A stretch of 64,000 nucleotides of DNA from Octopus sinensis (taxonomy: Eukaryota), in NCBI RefSeq assembly GCF_006345805.1, contig NC_043012.1, positions 51,150,001-51,214,000 of the forward strand, in the 5' to 3' direction. The notes beneath the pieces are model-generated. The model was not told the origin of the DNA. It worked only from the letters and a program-made list of their open reading frames with translations, and did not search any database. The translations under genes were made by a program, and so were the position numbers. Below, in pieces: positions 36,335 to 50,410 of the stretch (positions are counted from its first letter, which is position 1; every line of letters begins with the position of its first letter).

Positions 36335-36739
36335 AAGGCGGCGATCTGGCAAAGACGTTACCATGCTGGGTGAAATTTTAGCGGTCTTTCGCCTGCCGCT
36401 ACGTTCTGAGTTCAAATTCCACCTCACCTAGGTTGACTTTACCTTTCATCCTTTGGGGTGGATTAAATAAGTACCAGTTACGCACTGGGGTCGATATAAT
36501 CGACTTAATCTGTTTGTCTGTCATTGTTTGTCCCCTCTGTGTTTAGCTCCTTCTGGGTAGTAAATAAATAGGTATTTCGTCTATCTTTATGTTCTGAGTT
36601 CAAATTCCGCCGAGGGCGACTTCACCTTCCATCCTTTCGGGGTCGATAAATTAAGTACCACTTGTGTACTGCGGTCGATCTAATCGACTGCCTCCGCCTC
36701 CCCCAAAATTTCGGGCCTTTTGCCTAGAACAGAAACGAT
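36335..36739 (+). mobile_element. SINE family B dimer with 15-bp target site duplication
   Basis: Head plus two body units; flanks are tggtacatggtttca (36320-36334) and tggtgcatggtttca (36740-36754). Confidence 0.9.
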
Positions 36740-36854
36740 TGGTGCATGGTTTCAGATTCGGAAGAAGGTGTTATAATCGATAATATTGACCACAGAACTT
36801 GAACAGCAAAGTTGAATGTCGATCTTGTAAAACAGATTAGCAGTAGAATATGAC

Positions 36855-37452
<598 letters not shown>

Positions 37453-37574
37453 TACTGAATTTTATAAGCCCCTCAGAGTTGACCTCCGTGGGATGGAAGA
37501 CTATTTACCGCTAAGTGATTCCAAAATAACGACGGAAAGTAGCATGACATACAGTGCCCAACTGTCATACCAAC

Positions 37575-37995
37575 TCTTATGTCTTTATTACCCACAGAGA
37601 GATAAACATAGAGGGGTCAGACAAGGACAGGCAAAGGGATTAAGTACACTACATTGAGTCCGGTGCGCAACTGGTACTTAATTTATCGACCCCGAAAGGA
37701 TGAAAGGCAAAGTCGATCTCGGCGGAATTTGAACTCAGAACGTAGCGGCAGACGAAATACCTATTTCTTTACTACCCACAAGCGGCTAAACACAGAGAGG
37801 ACAAACAAGGACAGACAAACGGATTAAGTCGATTATATCGACCTCAGTGCGTAACTGATACTTATATAATCGAACCCGATAGGATGAAAGGTAAAGTCGA
37901 CCTCGGTGGAATTTGAACTCAGAACGTAACGGCAGACGAAATACCGCGAAGCACTTCACCCGGCGTGCAAACGTTTCTGTCAGCTCGCCGCCTTC
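37575..37995 (-). mobile_element. SINE family B dimer
   Basis: One head (aaggcggcgagctgacagaaacg) and two body units. Confidence 0.9.
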
Positions 37996-38363
37996 TGTCA
38001 TACCAATTCTACCATTCACAGAATTCACGATAAGGAAACGATTGATGATACACCTTAATACATTTACATTGCTAAGGCACACCAATATATACTGAATCAT
38101 AAAAATTACCCATTGCGCTACGAACAAAATTTGACAGTGAAATTCACAGTAATTAATCTAAAAAAAATCGCCCATCATACAGTCAGGAGAATCTTGAATC
38201 AATAATATCTACTGTCTTAGATAATCAACATGTAATATAATATCACATTGCTCATATCATCAACTTACACCAACTTGATACGAAAGCGTATATCGCGGCA
38301 TACCTATCTACGAGTAAAATCTGTGTAGCTTCTATTCCTTCTACGTAAATTTTCTGACACCAG

Positions 38364-38364
<1 letters not shown>

Positions 38365-38405
<41 letters not shown>

Positions 38406-38425
38406 ATAATAATAATAATAATAAC

Positions 38426-38519
<94 letters not shown>

Positions 38520-38555
38520 TATATAATAATAATATATATATATATATATATATAT
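38365..38555. repeat. (TAC)n-(TAA)n-(TA)n compound microsatellite
   Basis: Direct reading. Confidence 0.95.
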
Positions 38556-38925
38556 CATAACAAAGTAAAACTGTTACGGGTTACTTTCCAGTGGTCCATA
38601 ATGTGCTCTGAAATTAATAAAATTGACAATGTGCCATGTGATTTAATTAGGCATGTCGACATTTTGCCCATGGTTTCATTTTTTTGCGATGACCCACCTG
38701 GTTTTACAATCGGGAAATATTGCAAATAGTTTATGGTCAAGTGTCTGACTCACTAACGCCATTTGGCTTTTCGCCTTGTCAAAATTTATCACCGAATTTC
38801 ATAGAGTGTCGTACGCACACGCTGGAATGTTACAAGAGTTATCACGCCTTCTTCAGAGAGAGAAATTCCCCAATAGTTTTTTTTATGCCATCTTTTTTCG
38901 GGGGCACTAGGTAAAAATCACTTAC

Positions 38926-38968
38926 CTCTACAAATGCATAAGTAGCTTGACTTCCATCTGTCTTGTGC
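38926..38968 (-). CDS. Candidate 43-nt internal exon of an unidentified host gene
   Basis: Acceptor ttttctgcattaaattttcgcatag| and consensus donor GAG|gtaagt. Two frames are open (HKTDGSQATYAFVE or AQDRWKSSYLCICR). No homology recognised. Confidence 0.3.
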
Positions 38969-39656
38969 CTATGCGAAAATTTAATGCAGAAAATCACATT
39001 TATTTATCTAAAATTCGTCGATTGGAAATGATGCATGCAGAAGGAATCTGGCTTTCCAAAGGAATTTCTATCATCATGAAATACAGCATTACTTTCTTTT
39101 GGTGGAAGGCGCTACACTTCTCTGTAAGTGTTTGTGTGTACCTGAATATGTGCGTGTACGCGCGTATGTGTGTGTGTTTTGCCTTTTTCATTTAATATAT
39201 TTTGCCAGCTTATTGTTGGAACCGTGTTTAAAATTATTAAACAACGTCAATATCTCCATTTACAGGGATCATGTCTTTTGCTTCAAAATGTTCTTCAAGT
39301 TCATTTTTTTACTTCATTGGATTTAAGATACTCTAGATAAGTGTTCATTTCCATGTAATTCAATTTTATGACCGCTGTGCTTCTCTCTGCTATACATCTA
39401 TTGAGACAAATATATTGAAAACACACATTTCAGAATGTAAACACATTTTTTGGTGGGGCTTAATAATTGTGAAAATTTAAAGGTGCAAATAATACTTCGT
39501 AAGAAATTACGCCCGAATAATATACAAAGAATGAACTTTTACGCAGTTTAAATATATCCTTATCAAGGACATCGTAAACCGATACTAAAATCGGTAGTGT
39601 AACCAAGACGACCGACAAAGATTTTGAGAGAGTTACGTTCAACTGATATTTATATT

Positions 39657-40085
39657 CATAGGTGTAGGAGTGGCTGTGTGGTAAGTAGCTTGCCTACAAA
39701 CTACATGGTTCCGGGTTCAGTCCCACTGCGTGGCACCTTGGACAAGTGTCTTCTACTATAGCCTCGGGCCGACCAAAGACTTGCGAGTGGATTTGGTAGG
39801 CGGAAACTGAAAGAAATCCGACGTATATGTGTATATATGATTATGGATGCGTGTGTATGTGTTTGTGTGTCTGTGTTTACCATCCCCCCCCCAACATCAC
39901 TTGACAACCGATGCTGGTGTGTTTACCTCCCCGTAACTTAACGGTTAGGCAAAAGAGACCGGTAGAATAAGTACTAGGCTTACAAAGAATAGTCCTGGGG
40001 TCTATTTGTTCCACTAAAGGCTTTGCTCTAGCATGGCTACAGTCAAATGACTGAAACAAGTAAAAGAGTAAAGACTAAAAGACTA
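39657..40085 (+). mobile_element. SINE family A, full length
   Basis: Matches the family consensus from head to tail. Confidence 0.9.
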
Positions 40086-40340
40086 TGTAGTGTTATTGAC
40101 ATGCTATTAACCTCCTATGCCATGCAGCACGGGTCATGGAACGGATTTTGTAATTCAGGATAGAATTAAATGTGCTTGTTATAACATTGTCAGCGCTACC
40201 AAAATGTGGTGGAGTTACAACTGGAAAATTTTGCTGCTTTCTCTGCTCCTTAATGTTGAAAAGGAGTATTTACGCTTTCAACGCAAATGCTGTCAAATTG
40301 CGTTCAAATGTCTTCATACACATTACATTTTGATTTATTT

Positions 40341-40572
40341 ATATTTCTTTAGCCCCACAAGGGGCTAAACATAGAGACGACAAACAGGGACAGACAAACG
40401 GACTAAGTCGATTACATCGACCCCAGTGCGTAACTGGTACTTAATTTATCGACCCCGAAAAGATAAAAGGTAAAGTCGACCTTGGCGGAATTTGAACTCA
40501 GAACGTAACGGCAGACGAAATACCGCTAAGCATTTCGCCCGGCAAGCTAACATTCCTGCCAGCTCGCCGCCT
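40341..40572 (-). mobile_element. SINE family B monomer
   Basis: Reverse complement of the 6134-6368 type. Confidence 0.9.
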
Positions 40573-42347
40573 ATCTTACAAACAAACCTAATATAATTTT
40601 CAAATAAAATATAACATTGTATATATTGCAAGATTTGTTTAAAATGTATCCCTTTTGTAAACATTTCCGCAATTTTCAAATTAGTTCATTTACATTTTAT
40701 AATTCGTAGATTTTATTTGTATTACAAATGCATTTAACCATAGTACTTGTTCGGATGCATTTCACTTCTATCAGAAAATACTTATAATGCCTCTCCTTAC
40801 TGAATGTGGATTGTGTGTAATACATGATATTTGAGGCTTGAACTTCTGTAAACATAGAGATATGGTTTATCTATAGATATAAATTAGGTTGCCTCCATTA
40901 TACTGAGATATTTTAGTGCACCTTTCATTATGCATTGTCAGAACTTTAGCATATAAGTATAATGGCTAGGAATTACGGAAACATAAAGAAGTGTGTGTAT
41001 GAACGATAGGGAGAAAGAAACGAAGGAAGAAAGAGAGGGAGTAGGAAGACGAAATAGATAACTGATGATCATTCCAAATCGCTTCCTCCATATCACAATG
41101 TATGTTGCATTTGCCTTTCGCATAAACGGATAATGAAACAGTTCAATTTATATATGAACAGTTATAATAAAGTGTAACGCTAATGGCATTTAAATCCGAT
41201 ACGTTGTTCCTCTCTTTTAACAATGTCAGTATTAAGTTCAGTGTTGTTTGAAGCAATTGTATGAACCTTTGGTCATTCTTTAGTAAACACATAGCGTTCT
41301 TCCACCTTCATGTTTCTTAACTGCCATATTTTCCTTCTTAAACTCACAACTATATACACATCTTATTGGCTGTTCGATGTGTTTGTGTACGCTTCCTTGA
41401 AAAGTAGTCAATTTATAAACGAATTATTTCCTCTATGATATCGACATTTATATTTTCTCTATGACCTAAATTAATAATATAATTATCTAGCGTTATAAAC
41501 AAAAGTTCTTGTCAGATCATCGAAATTAATTGGATAATCAGGCTTACTACACACATTTTGAGAGGTATTTTTGGAAATATACTAGCTCATCAACTTACAG
41601 CAAAAACATGGAGGGCGAAATTAGGAAGGTGATGGACATTCATAAGATATGGCTGAGAAGTGCGTTGGAAAGCCTCTCATCACTTCTGGATATGCTAGGT
41701 GATGGATAACTTTAATCCTAGACTGATTAACGTATTAGTGAATACACACACATACATACACCCTCCAAACCCAAACACATACTTTCACGCATACACACGC
41801 ATATATACACAAATATACACTCATATACATATGTGTGTGAGTGTGTGTGTATGTATTCTGTGTAAGTGAATATACATGCATGAATGTATTTGTAATAGAT
41901 TATAATATGTATCAATATGTGGAGCATAGGCAATCATAGTCTATCGCGGTGTATGGAGTCATGTGTTGCCTGGGGGCATTCAAAAACAGTAGTTCTCACC
42001 CAAGCTATCCAGCCTTTGCTCACTTATTTCACTGTGTAACACTAACTTTTCAAGGTTCCCCATATCTCGATACGTAAATCCTTCAAGAAACATTTGCTAT
42101 AACTATAATTAACAAGAGGATTTTTACTTAACGGCCTTTGTGGTGCCAAGCACGCCGTAAGCTCCTTAGAGGAACTGAACTGCGAACCCTTTCCAACTCG
42201 TTTCAGTTTGGTCCATCTTGTTCGTTGACAACTGACACGATCTAACTCAACTAACTTTGTATATTTTCATCTCTTGTCCACGTTTGCCTCATCAGTTCGG
42301 TCCTCTAAGCGTATGGTAATTTACAACAGAATCGATTGTGTGCGTGA

Positions 42348-42735
42348 AAGGCGGCGAGCTGGCAGAAACTTTAGCACGCTGGGCGAAATGCGTAGCCGTA
42401 TTTCGTCTGCCGTTACATTCTGAGTTCAAATTACGCCGAGGTCGACTTTGCCTTTCATCCTTTCGGGGTCGATAAATTAAGTATCAGTTACACACTGGGG
42501 GCGATGTAGTGGACTTAATCCGTTTGTCTGCCCTCTCTGTGTTTAGCCCCTTGTGGGTAGTAAAGAAATAGGTATTTCGTCTGTCTTTACGTTCTGAGTT
42601 CGAATCTCGCCGAAGTCGGCTTTACCCTTCATCTTTTCATGGTTGATAAACTAAGTACCAGTTGCGTACTAGGATCGATCTAATCGGCCGGCCCCTCCCC
42701 CTAAATTTTGGGCCTTGTGCATAGAGTAGAAGAGA
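42348..42735 (+). mobile_element. SINE family B dimer with alternative second tail
   Basis: Same organisation as 36335-36739. Confidence 0.9.
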
Positions 42736-43082
42736 ATTATGTGTGTATGAATATGTGTATGTATGTCCATGCACATGTGTGTACTAGCATGCGTCGTGTG
42801 TGGCTGCGTATGCGTGTGAATACAAGCATACATGGACACGTAATTTTATTGAATTAACATAATAATGTAAAATGCACATTTGCTAAAATAGTTTGCATTA
42901 CTGAAGGTATCTTCACTTGTTCGTTGCAATTAGAGCAGATTTCTTTTTATGAATGTAATTTATACTTGACTATTTCGTTTCTTGTTTCCATTAAAAATAT
43001 GGTCATATATTCCATTGAATGAAATTTACATTGGTCTAACAAACGGCATAAACAAGCCATTCGCTTAACGATTCATCGGAAG

Positions 43083-43320
43083 AAGGCGACGAGCTGGCAG
43101 AATCGTTAGCATGCCGGGCGAAGTGCTTTGCTATATTTCGTCTGTCACTACGTTCTGAGTTAAAATTACGCCGAGGTCGACTTTGCCTTTCATCCTTTCG
43201 GGGTCGATAAATTACCAGTTATGCACTGAAGTCGATGTAATCGACTTAATACCTTTGTCTGTCCTTGTTTGTTTCGTCTATGTTTAGCCCTTGTGGGCAA
43301 TAAAAAAATAAGAATCGTTA
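43083..43320 (+). mobile_element. SINE family B monomer
   Basis: aaggcgacgagctggcagaatcgttagc head and conserved core. Confidence 0.9.
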
Positions 43321-43966
43321 GCACTCCGGGCAAAATATCTAGCAGCATCTCATTCTTCTTTTATTTCTGTGTTTCTGTGTTCAAGTTTCGACGAGGCCAA
43401 CTTTGTCTTTTCTCTTTTCGGGGTCCTTTAAATATGTACCATGTAAGCACTGAGTGAGGTAGAGGTCACGTAATCGAATTATGCACTCCCTGAATTTGGT
43501 GAACTTATGCTAAAATTTGAACGCAATAATTCTTCGGGGGAATACTATGTGATTTAGCTGAATCATTCTAGTCAAAAGTACAGAGAAATGATGTTCGTAA
43601 ATCAGATGAGAATATTAAAGCTGAACGTGAAATCAGGTTTTGGCAAACAGATCAGGATCACGACTCAGAAAAATATTCCAAAATGTTGATAACATAATTT
43701 GGCGTTTATGCCAAATATCATTGTTTAGAAATCTAGAAATATGATGGATAATGACAGGAAATATGAATTCAAGCGTATAAATATTCAACAATTTATATAT
43801 ATTTTTGCTTCCATTTCAGCTGAACTTTTTAATTACAGCTTTGACTGTCTGATAAAAGATCAGATCTGCCATGCAATCAGTCATGTTATCGCCCAAATAA
43901 AAGATGGTTGTGTTGTCATACTTGCATTAGGCGTGTCGCTCTATGATTACAGTACCGTAAAATATT

Positions 43967-44169
43967 TACGAGTGGGTGCTGAAAATTTCCTGACTTTAAG
44001 GGCATCGCAATAACTTCCGAGTTATTTTACAGGGCTTAGAAAAACTGAAGCACTGCTGCCGTAAGTGCGTGAATCTGAGAGGTACGTATGTTGAATACAA
44101 CCACAATTTAATGATCAGTCTGTACTTTTCATTTACCCAAAGCAAAGGACTTTTGAACACAACTTGGTA
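43967..44169 (+). mobile_element. mariner-derived MITE/deletion derivative
   Basis: TA|cgagtgggtgctgaaaatttcctgacttt left TIR, degenerate right TIR ending in |TA, and internal GLEKLKHCCRKCVNLRGTYVE resembling a mariner transposase C-terminus. Confidence 0.7.
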
Positions 44170-44589
44170 AAGTCCTATAAATTGCACGAAATGCAATGTA
44201 AACTGGTTATAAAAATGAAATTGAAAATAATACACTAACTTATCCATGTTATTTTTTAAAAAATTTCCTCAAATAAGAGATTATTTATTAAACACACCCT
44301 TAGGGATACAATAACTTCCGGTAACATACAAGTCAATGAATTCTGCTGTTACTTCCTCACAGATTTTTCTTCGAGTGGTGACGCAATATTGGTTAATGTT
44401 GTTTTAACATTGAGGAGAACGAAGTTAACTTACAGCGAGCCGGACACTAGCTTGTGCACCTCAGGAAAAACGTTCACATTAATTTCACTATTGATATTCC
44501 ACATATTTTCTTTTAATCTTTTACTTGGATCAGTCCTTTTTCTGTGGTACCCGGAAGCACCACCTCAAAGGGTTTTAGTTGACACACAC

Positions 44590-44762
44590 ACACGCACACG
44601 CACACACATGAATGGCCTGGATCAGTTTTTGTCTACCAAATGCACTCACAAGGCTTAGGTCAGCCCAAGGCAATAGTAAAAGTGACTTGCTCAAGATGCC
44701 ACGCAGTGGGACTGCACTCGGAACGGTGTTGTTGGGAAGCAAATTTCTTGCACAATCATGTG
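44590..44762 (-). mobile_element. 5' half of a diverged family A SINE
   Basis: gtctaccaaatgcactcacaaggc...gccacgcagtgggactg. Confidence 0.8.
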
Positions 44763-44765
44763 TTC

Positions 44766-44825
<60 letters not shown>

Positions 44826-46464
44826 ATGTGTGTATACAATAAAAATCGCTGCAATATCTTGCACTTTATAAACATATGCAACCACAAAGTTTTAAAGCGT
44901 TAACTTCATGAAAATCATCTTAAAACATCATATTTGTAATACCCAGTATTGGCAGCCATCGAAGTGCCATTGAAGAATAGAAGAGACTGGCTATAGTACT
45001 GGAAGACATTTTGAAACTCCTTTACATTTAGTATATTTTTTCTAGCAAAACACAAAATGTGTGATGCTTATAGAAGTGTTAAATAACTTGTTTTGAAAAG
45101 TAGATATTTTGCACATAAATTTTTATAGGTGTTTAAGGCGCTGCGTCACGGAGAGGCTATAGCGGGTACGGAATGTCATCGAAACCTTACATTGATATTG
45201 CTTTTTTCTTCAAATTGAGCGTTACTATTGCACAATTAATCATCGCCCTAGGCTTGATGTATTCGTAAATGATACGTTCTTAATTATTAACTTCGCATTG
45301 CATGTTCCTACCTTCTTTTCTTCATTTTTATTTTGTGTTTTGGATACCTTACCTCGTTCCTTGCCTATGAAGATTTTGCAAAGTGATCTCTCCTAAATCC
45401 ACTCCACATTGATTTATCTTGTTTAAACAATAACATGTATTCCGAAACACCTGACCTGCTACCTTGTATAACTCATCCTTCTCTCTTTTTCTAACCTCCT
45501 ATTGATTTCCTTTTCTCTCGTTCCCCACCCTCCACTCTCTCTTTCTCTCTCTTTCAAATACAACCAAAATCCATCGACCCGCCTCAGTAAAAATTTAGTT
45601 AGTATTCATACGGATGTATGGATGCCCGTGCCCTTAAGTCGTTAAGATTCTCTGGTTGTAAAACGCTCAAATCGCAAATAAGTGACAGTGCGGGTTAAGT
45701 GTGAAAATAGTGTTTAATACAGCCTTAGCTCAAATAATAATCTGAGATCTAACGGATAGGACCTGCTTGGATAAGTGTTGAAAAAGAATGTACCTGATCT
45801 TCGATTGTAATCCTAAGCCCTATTTAAGAATGTATTGGATGCATTTACATAAATACTACGATATTTGGATAATTTCTCCTCTCTAACCAGTCATCAAAAC
45901 AATGTAAATATTAAGCATCGGTTTCTCTTCTCTGTAAGCTAATGAAAAAAACTTCCAAATTCAAGTTAACTAGTGTAAGGTATATGATGCTCTCAGCCAA
46001 TACACTAACGTTACTTCACACTTATATTTAATATTTTCCTGAATGCAAATTAACAATTATATTACATATAACTTTTCTCTTTCATTGGTATTTTATTTCA
46101 GTGTAATATTTAATATTTATCCTTTTTCTTTCATCTGAATTAATTAATATTTAATTGCAGTCGCTTGTAGATAATGTTGTAATTTATAATTTACACATAT
46201 GTTTCCTAGATTTCTTTCTCTTATCAGCATTTTTCAATATTTTAGTGACTGTCGGCAAAGTAACGTATCTTAAATTAATTCAAAACATATTTATCTACCT
46301 ATATATCATGAATTTCCAAAAATTTATAAAAGTAAAACATTGTTTGTAAACAACTGCAATCGTTAAGAGAAAGAAAACACAACTAGAACGTAGATAAACA
46401 CCAATTTATGATATATCATCATAGCAGCCAGTTTTAAATTTCTCCAGGAAACAAACGCGAATTA

Positions 46465-46518
46465 CAATATATATATATATATGTATACATGTATATATAC
46501 ATATATATATATATATGT

Positions 46519-46586
<68 letters not shown>

Positions 46587-46593
46587 ATATATA

Positions 46594-46662
<69 letters not shown>

Positions 46663-46665
46663 ATG
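46465..46665. repeat. (TA)n/(TG)n microsatellite
   Basis: Direct reading. Confidence 0.95.
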
Positions 46666-49119
46666 TATCATTTTATAGAAAGCAAGTAAATTTTACTAAT
46701 TTGGAAATATCTTTAATTAGCTGCTTTCAGAGAATAGAATTTCATGGGAATAAGACATTATGTCATAAACATAAAATCTCTTCCTAATTTAAATGATGAA
46801 TTATGATGCACATCTGAGGATGCGCTCATGAAATTTGATTAAAATACAGTTGTGTTCATGGTTTTTACTTGCACTAAATATACACAAACTTTATGCTAGA
46901 GCAAAACAATTGGGAATATCCTAAATTTGTAATGTTTCCAAACAATAAAGGTATAATAAAATGCTAAATGTTCATCATGTAACCAGGTCGATATACATTC
47001 ATCTTATAGAAAATAGTCCTAATTTGTAAAATGTCGGAAGTGTTAACTAACCTAACTGCGTCATGGTTGGAACGCCGATGGAATAACGATAATAATTTTA
47101 TGCCCACATGACATTATTTAAGCAAAGAAAAATTATATTAATAATTTTTTTCACGGGAAGTATCATCATCCGCTGATATGAGTAACCTAGATGTCTATAT
47201 AAATTCGTAAAAAATAATACAGCTGTATCATATAGGCATAATAGTATGCTACGTGATTGAAACAATAATATAAACATGAGTAAAAATACTGTCTGGTTTT
47301 GCACACCGGATTGAAATATGAACCAAATTTCTTGGAGTGTAAAGGGAGACTAATCTGAGGGAGACTAATTTCTAAAACTACTATTCTTATTTCATGTCAA
47401 GGTGGGTGAGCAAATGCGTCTATATACATTATAACAGTATTATCAAGTGTTGTGATCAAATGTTTGTGTGCAGAGATATCTTGGAGGAATTTTCACGCTT
47501 GCTGTAAGTCACTGTTACAGAAAAAAGGAAAAGAAAAAGAAATTTCAAAACGTTTCCGCAACCGAGCCCCTCATTAATTTGTATGGATAAACTTAGTGTT
47601 GAATTTCTTCCAAATTTTCTCTATATTTAAGCTTTCCTGCCTATATTTGCATCCACAGTTGGGACTCATGGTGTTGCTGAAGTTCACGTTCTAATTAGCC
47701 CTGTACCTTAAGGGGTTTCAATAATCCGTATTTGTTACTGCTTTTCTTTTAATTTCGCGAAGTGTATCTTAGTTTGTGCAATCAAATGTCATTCTTTTGA
47801 AGTTGCATGAGACATAATTCATGATGGATCTTACAAATTGGTTGGTTGTATTCGTGGTCTCACGTTTATTCGTCGGCTCAATTTTATGATAAATATATCA
47901 ACATGTAGAATATCAATCAAAATATCAACCTCCTCAGTAACAGCAATGGAGTTTCCTGAATATTTGAATTCTACATTTGCCAATCCATGAAATGGTATTC
48001 GCGTACCTGTTAATATTGAATAGAAGTAATATGTCCAAATTGATACCCTTTTATATTTTTTCCTTTACTTGTTGCAGGCATTGAATTGAGGTGCTGTTAA
48101 GGCAAAATCTCGAAGGGTTTATACGAACAAATCAACACTTCTTTATTTTGTTTAATACACAGACGTAAACATTGCAACATCGATTGTCAAGGGGTTTAGG
48201 ACACAAGTATAAACCCAAAAGCCGCACAACTACATCTACATATCTACTATATATTTATATATACATATATGTGTGAGTATATATACATACATTACATGTG
48301 TTGTATGATTTGTTATATAAAATATTATCAGATTCAATAAGATGCCTAATCTTTTCCCTTTTCATATTTTATTAACATTTCATTTTTTTTATTGAGGGGT
48401 TTAAACATTTTTAGTTGGGAGAAATAACCCAATTTGTATTGGGGGTGAGATAACGAAAACGTACCCACAGAAATTTAGAGCTATTCAGTGGAAATTGGTT
48501 GAAAATAGGGGAAGTGTACAACGACAATTAAATAATACGATGCAACGTTTAAGGAATTGAAGTTATATTAAATATTAAGGTAGAGTGGTACCTATCAGTA
48601 ATGTACGGAGTTAGGGGAAATAGCAGATCGCACATCAAGGGAAGTCAGCAGTAGGGAGTAGTCTAATTATCAAAAACGTGGAATGTTAAAAGGGTGGCGA
48701 TGATATGAAAATTGGATGGTGTAATCACCTTTGTGTGAATCAGGGGAAGCAACTCAAGGCAAAAGTCGCGGGTAAAAGATTTGCATAGTGTGTTCTATCT
48801 ACTATATAACAAGCGCAGCTCAAAAAACTGTATGTTGGTGTAAGGAGTACATATCTAGTAGAAATGGAAACGAGCTGTCTAGGGTGTGTAGGCTGCTATA
48901 GAAGTTAAGTATCACTATCGCCGTTATTGCATAATACCAGATACGCCACAGATAAAATGGTTAGTTCCTTCAATACAACATACCTTGCAAGTACATTAAG
49001 AGCAGTTAAACGGTATTGTTAAAAGGAAGACGAGAATAAGAGGATTCTGAAACGAATGGATACATCGATAGACTAAAGGGTCAGTGAAAGAGAGAGTAAA
49101 TTGGACTGGGTCTACGTTG

Positions 49120-50200
49120 TTTAATATCCTTAAAGTATTTAAAGGTGCGGGTAGCCTTATGTATACATAAAAGAGGAAGGACTGGACTTGTTTATTATTT
49201 AACATATTTTCTCTATTAGATCGCCATAAAATTTCAAATAGCTCCATGTAGCAAAGTCTGCATCCGTATCTACAGTCTAAGTATTTAGCGATCCTAATGA
49301 AGTCCCAACTGAAATCAAATTAAGCATTGTCGTCTCTAAGCTCCCAAATATTCGTAACGAGAGACGTCCTTCCAGTCCTATATCTTAATTTAAAAGATGA
49401 ATTGTGGTTGTTTAAGCGCCCCCTGACTTTACAAGTAGCCAGTATAATTATAAGTATTGGTCTCCGTTCCAACAACATATTTGCAAACCACATTTTCTGC
49501 CAAACATCAACCAGAAAGAGGACAAGATGTTTTGTCTAAACAAATGCACCCAATATTTTATAATACCTGAAATTTATTGCTACGGGTATGTGATCCAACG
49601 TTATTATCGCTTGATAATTCAAGCTCGCGAGAGTTACTGGCGACAACGTGGTAGTTTCTGGGGTATATATTACTATATATGATCAATAATATTATGATTG
49701 TAATTCGTTGCCGAGTACTGGGTGGGAGACTGTTGGTAGTTGGCGTTGACGTAAACGATCTAGCTTTCAGACAGTGGTACTTGAGGGTCGAGGGTGAGTG
49801 GTATAATGAAAGGATTTCCAGCACAGGTGTTAGAGTTCAGTGCATTTAACACATCAGCAACTTAAATGGGAGTAGGTGGTCTGTCATTTCGGCTAGTGGA
49901 TAAAGTGTTATAGGCAGCGGTATCGCGTGAGTTAGAGCTATTGGAATCAATACTGTGGCTAACATTGATAGCTGTGGGATAGCTGGTACGGCTGCTATCC
50001 CTATTTGTGGCCGGCTGACTGTTGTCAGTATCATAATATCTACTGACAATATTAGGTTCTTGTTTGTATTGTTGTATACAGTACTAGTGTTGGTAGAGAT
50101 AGTGGTCATACTAGGAATATTAACATTGTTTTTCCTACTGCGATTTTTATTGGTAGCAGTGCTGCTAGGGGTTTTATAACTACTTCAAGTCATGTAAATA
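49120..50200 (-). mobile_element. Degenerate PLE: low-complexity linker plus GIY-YIG
   Basis: Minus translation C.CLDKTSCPLSG*CLAENVVCKYVVGTETNTYNYTG...RLNNHNSSFKLR...NIWELRD...CRLCYMELFEIL...MLNNK; homologous to 24650-25086. Confidence 0.8.
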
Positions 50201-50299
50201 TGTTTCTTATTCAGGCCAGCTATAGTTGTTCCTAGACTGGGAAGAATAAACGGTCATAATTGAGTAAGGTGGGGTAGTTGTGCTTTAATATACTACATA

Positions 50300-50410
50300 A
50301 TTTTGTTTCAAGTTCTTTTTGGTCGATGTTTAGCAGAAAATGTAGTTTACAAAAGTGATATTGTAACGGAGACCGATGCCTATACTTATATCAGCTGCTC
50401 CGTAAATCTC
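50300..50410 (+). mobile_element. Inverted second copy of the PLE endonuclease start
   Basis: Plus translation GRCLAENVVYKSDIVTETDAYTYISC; roughly three-quarters identical by eye to the reverse complement of about 49440-49525. Confidence 0.7.

Noticed and set aside
38790-38860. Minus-strand CTGAAGA...GAAA
   Set aside because: Helices I and II do not form.
45129-45165. Plus-strand mini-exon VFKALRHGEAIA between tttttatag| and |gtacgg
   Set aside because: Too short, weak donor, and no supporting neighbours.
46805-46850. CTGAGGA-tgcgctcat-GAAA hammerhead-like core
   Set aside because: No helix I pairing can be formed around the putative cleavage site.
47560-48120. Possible LINE RT relic on the minus strand
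   Set aside because: No diagnostic motif could be recovered from the interrupted translation.
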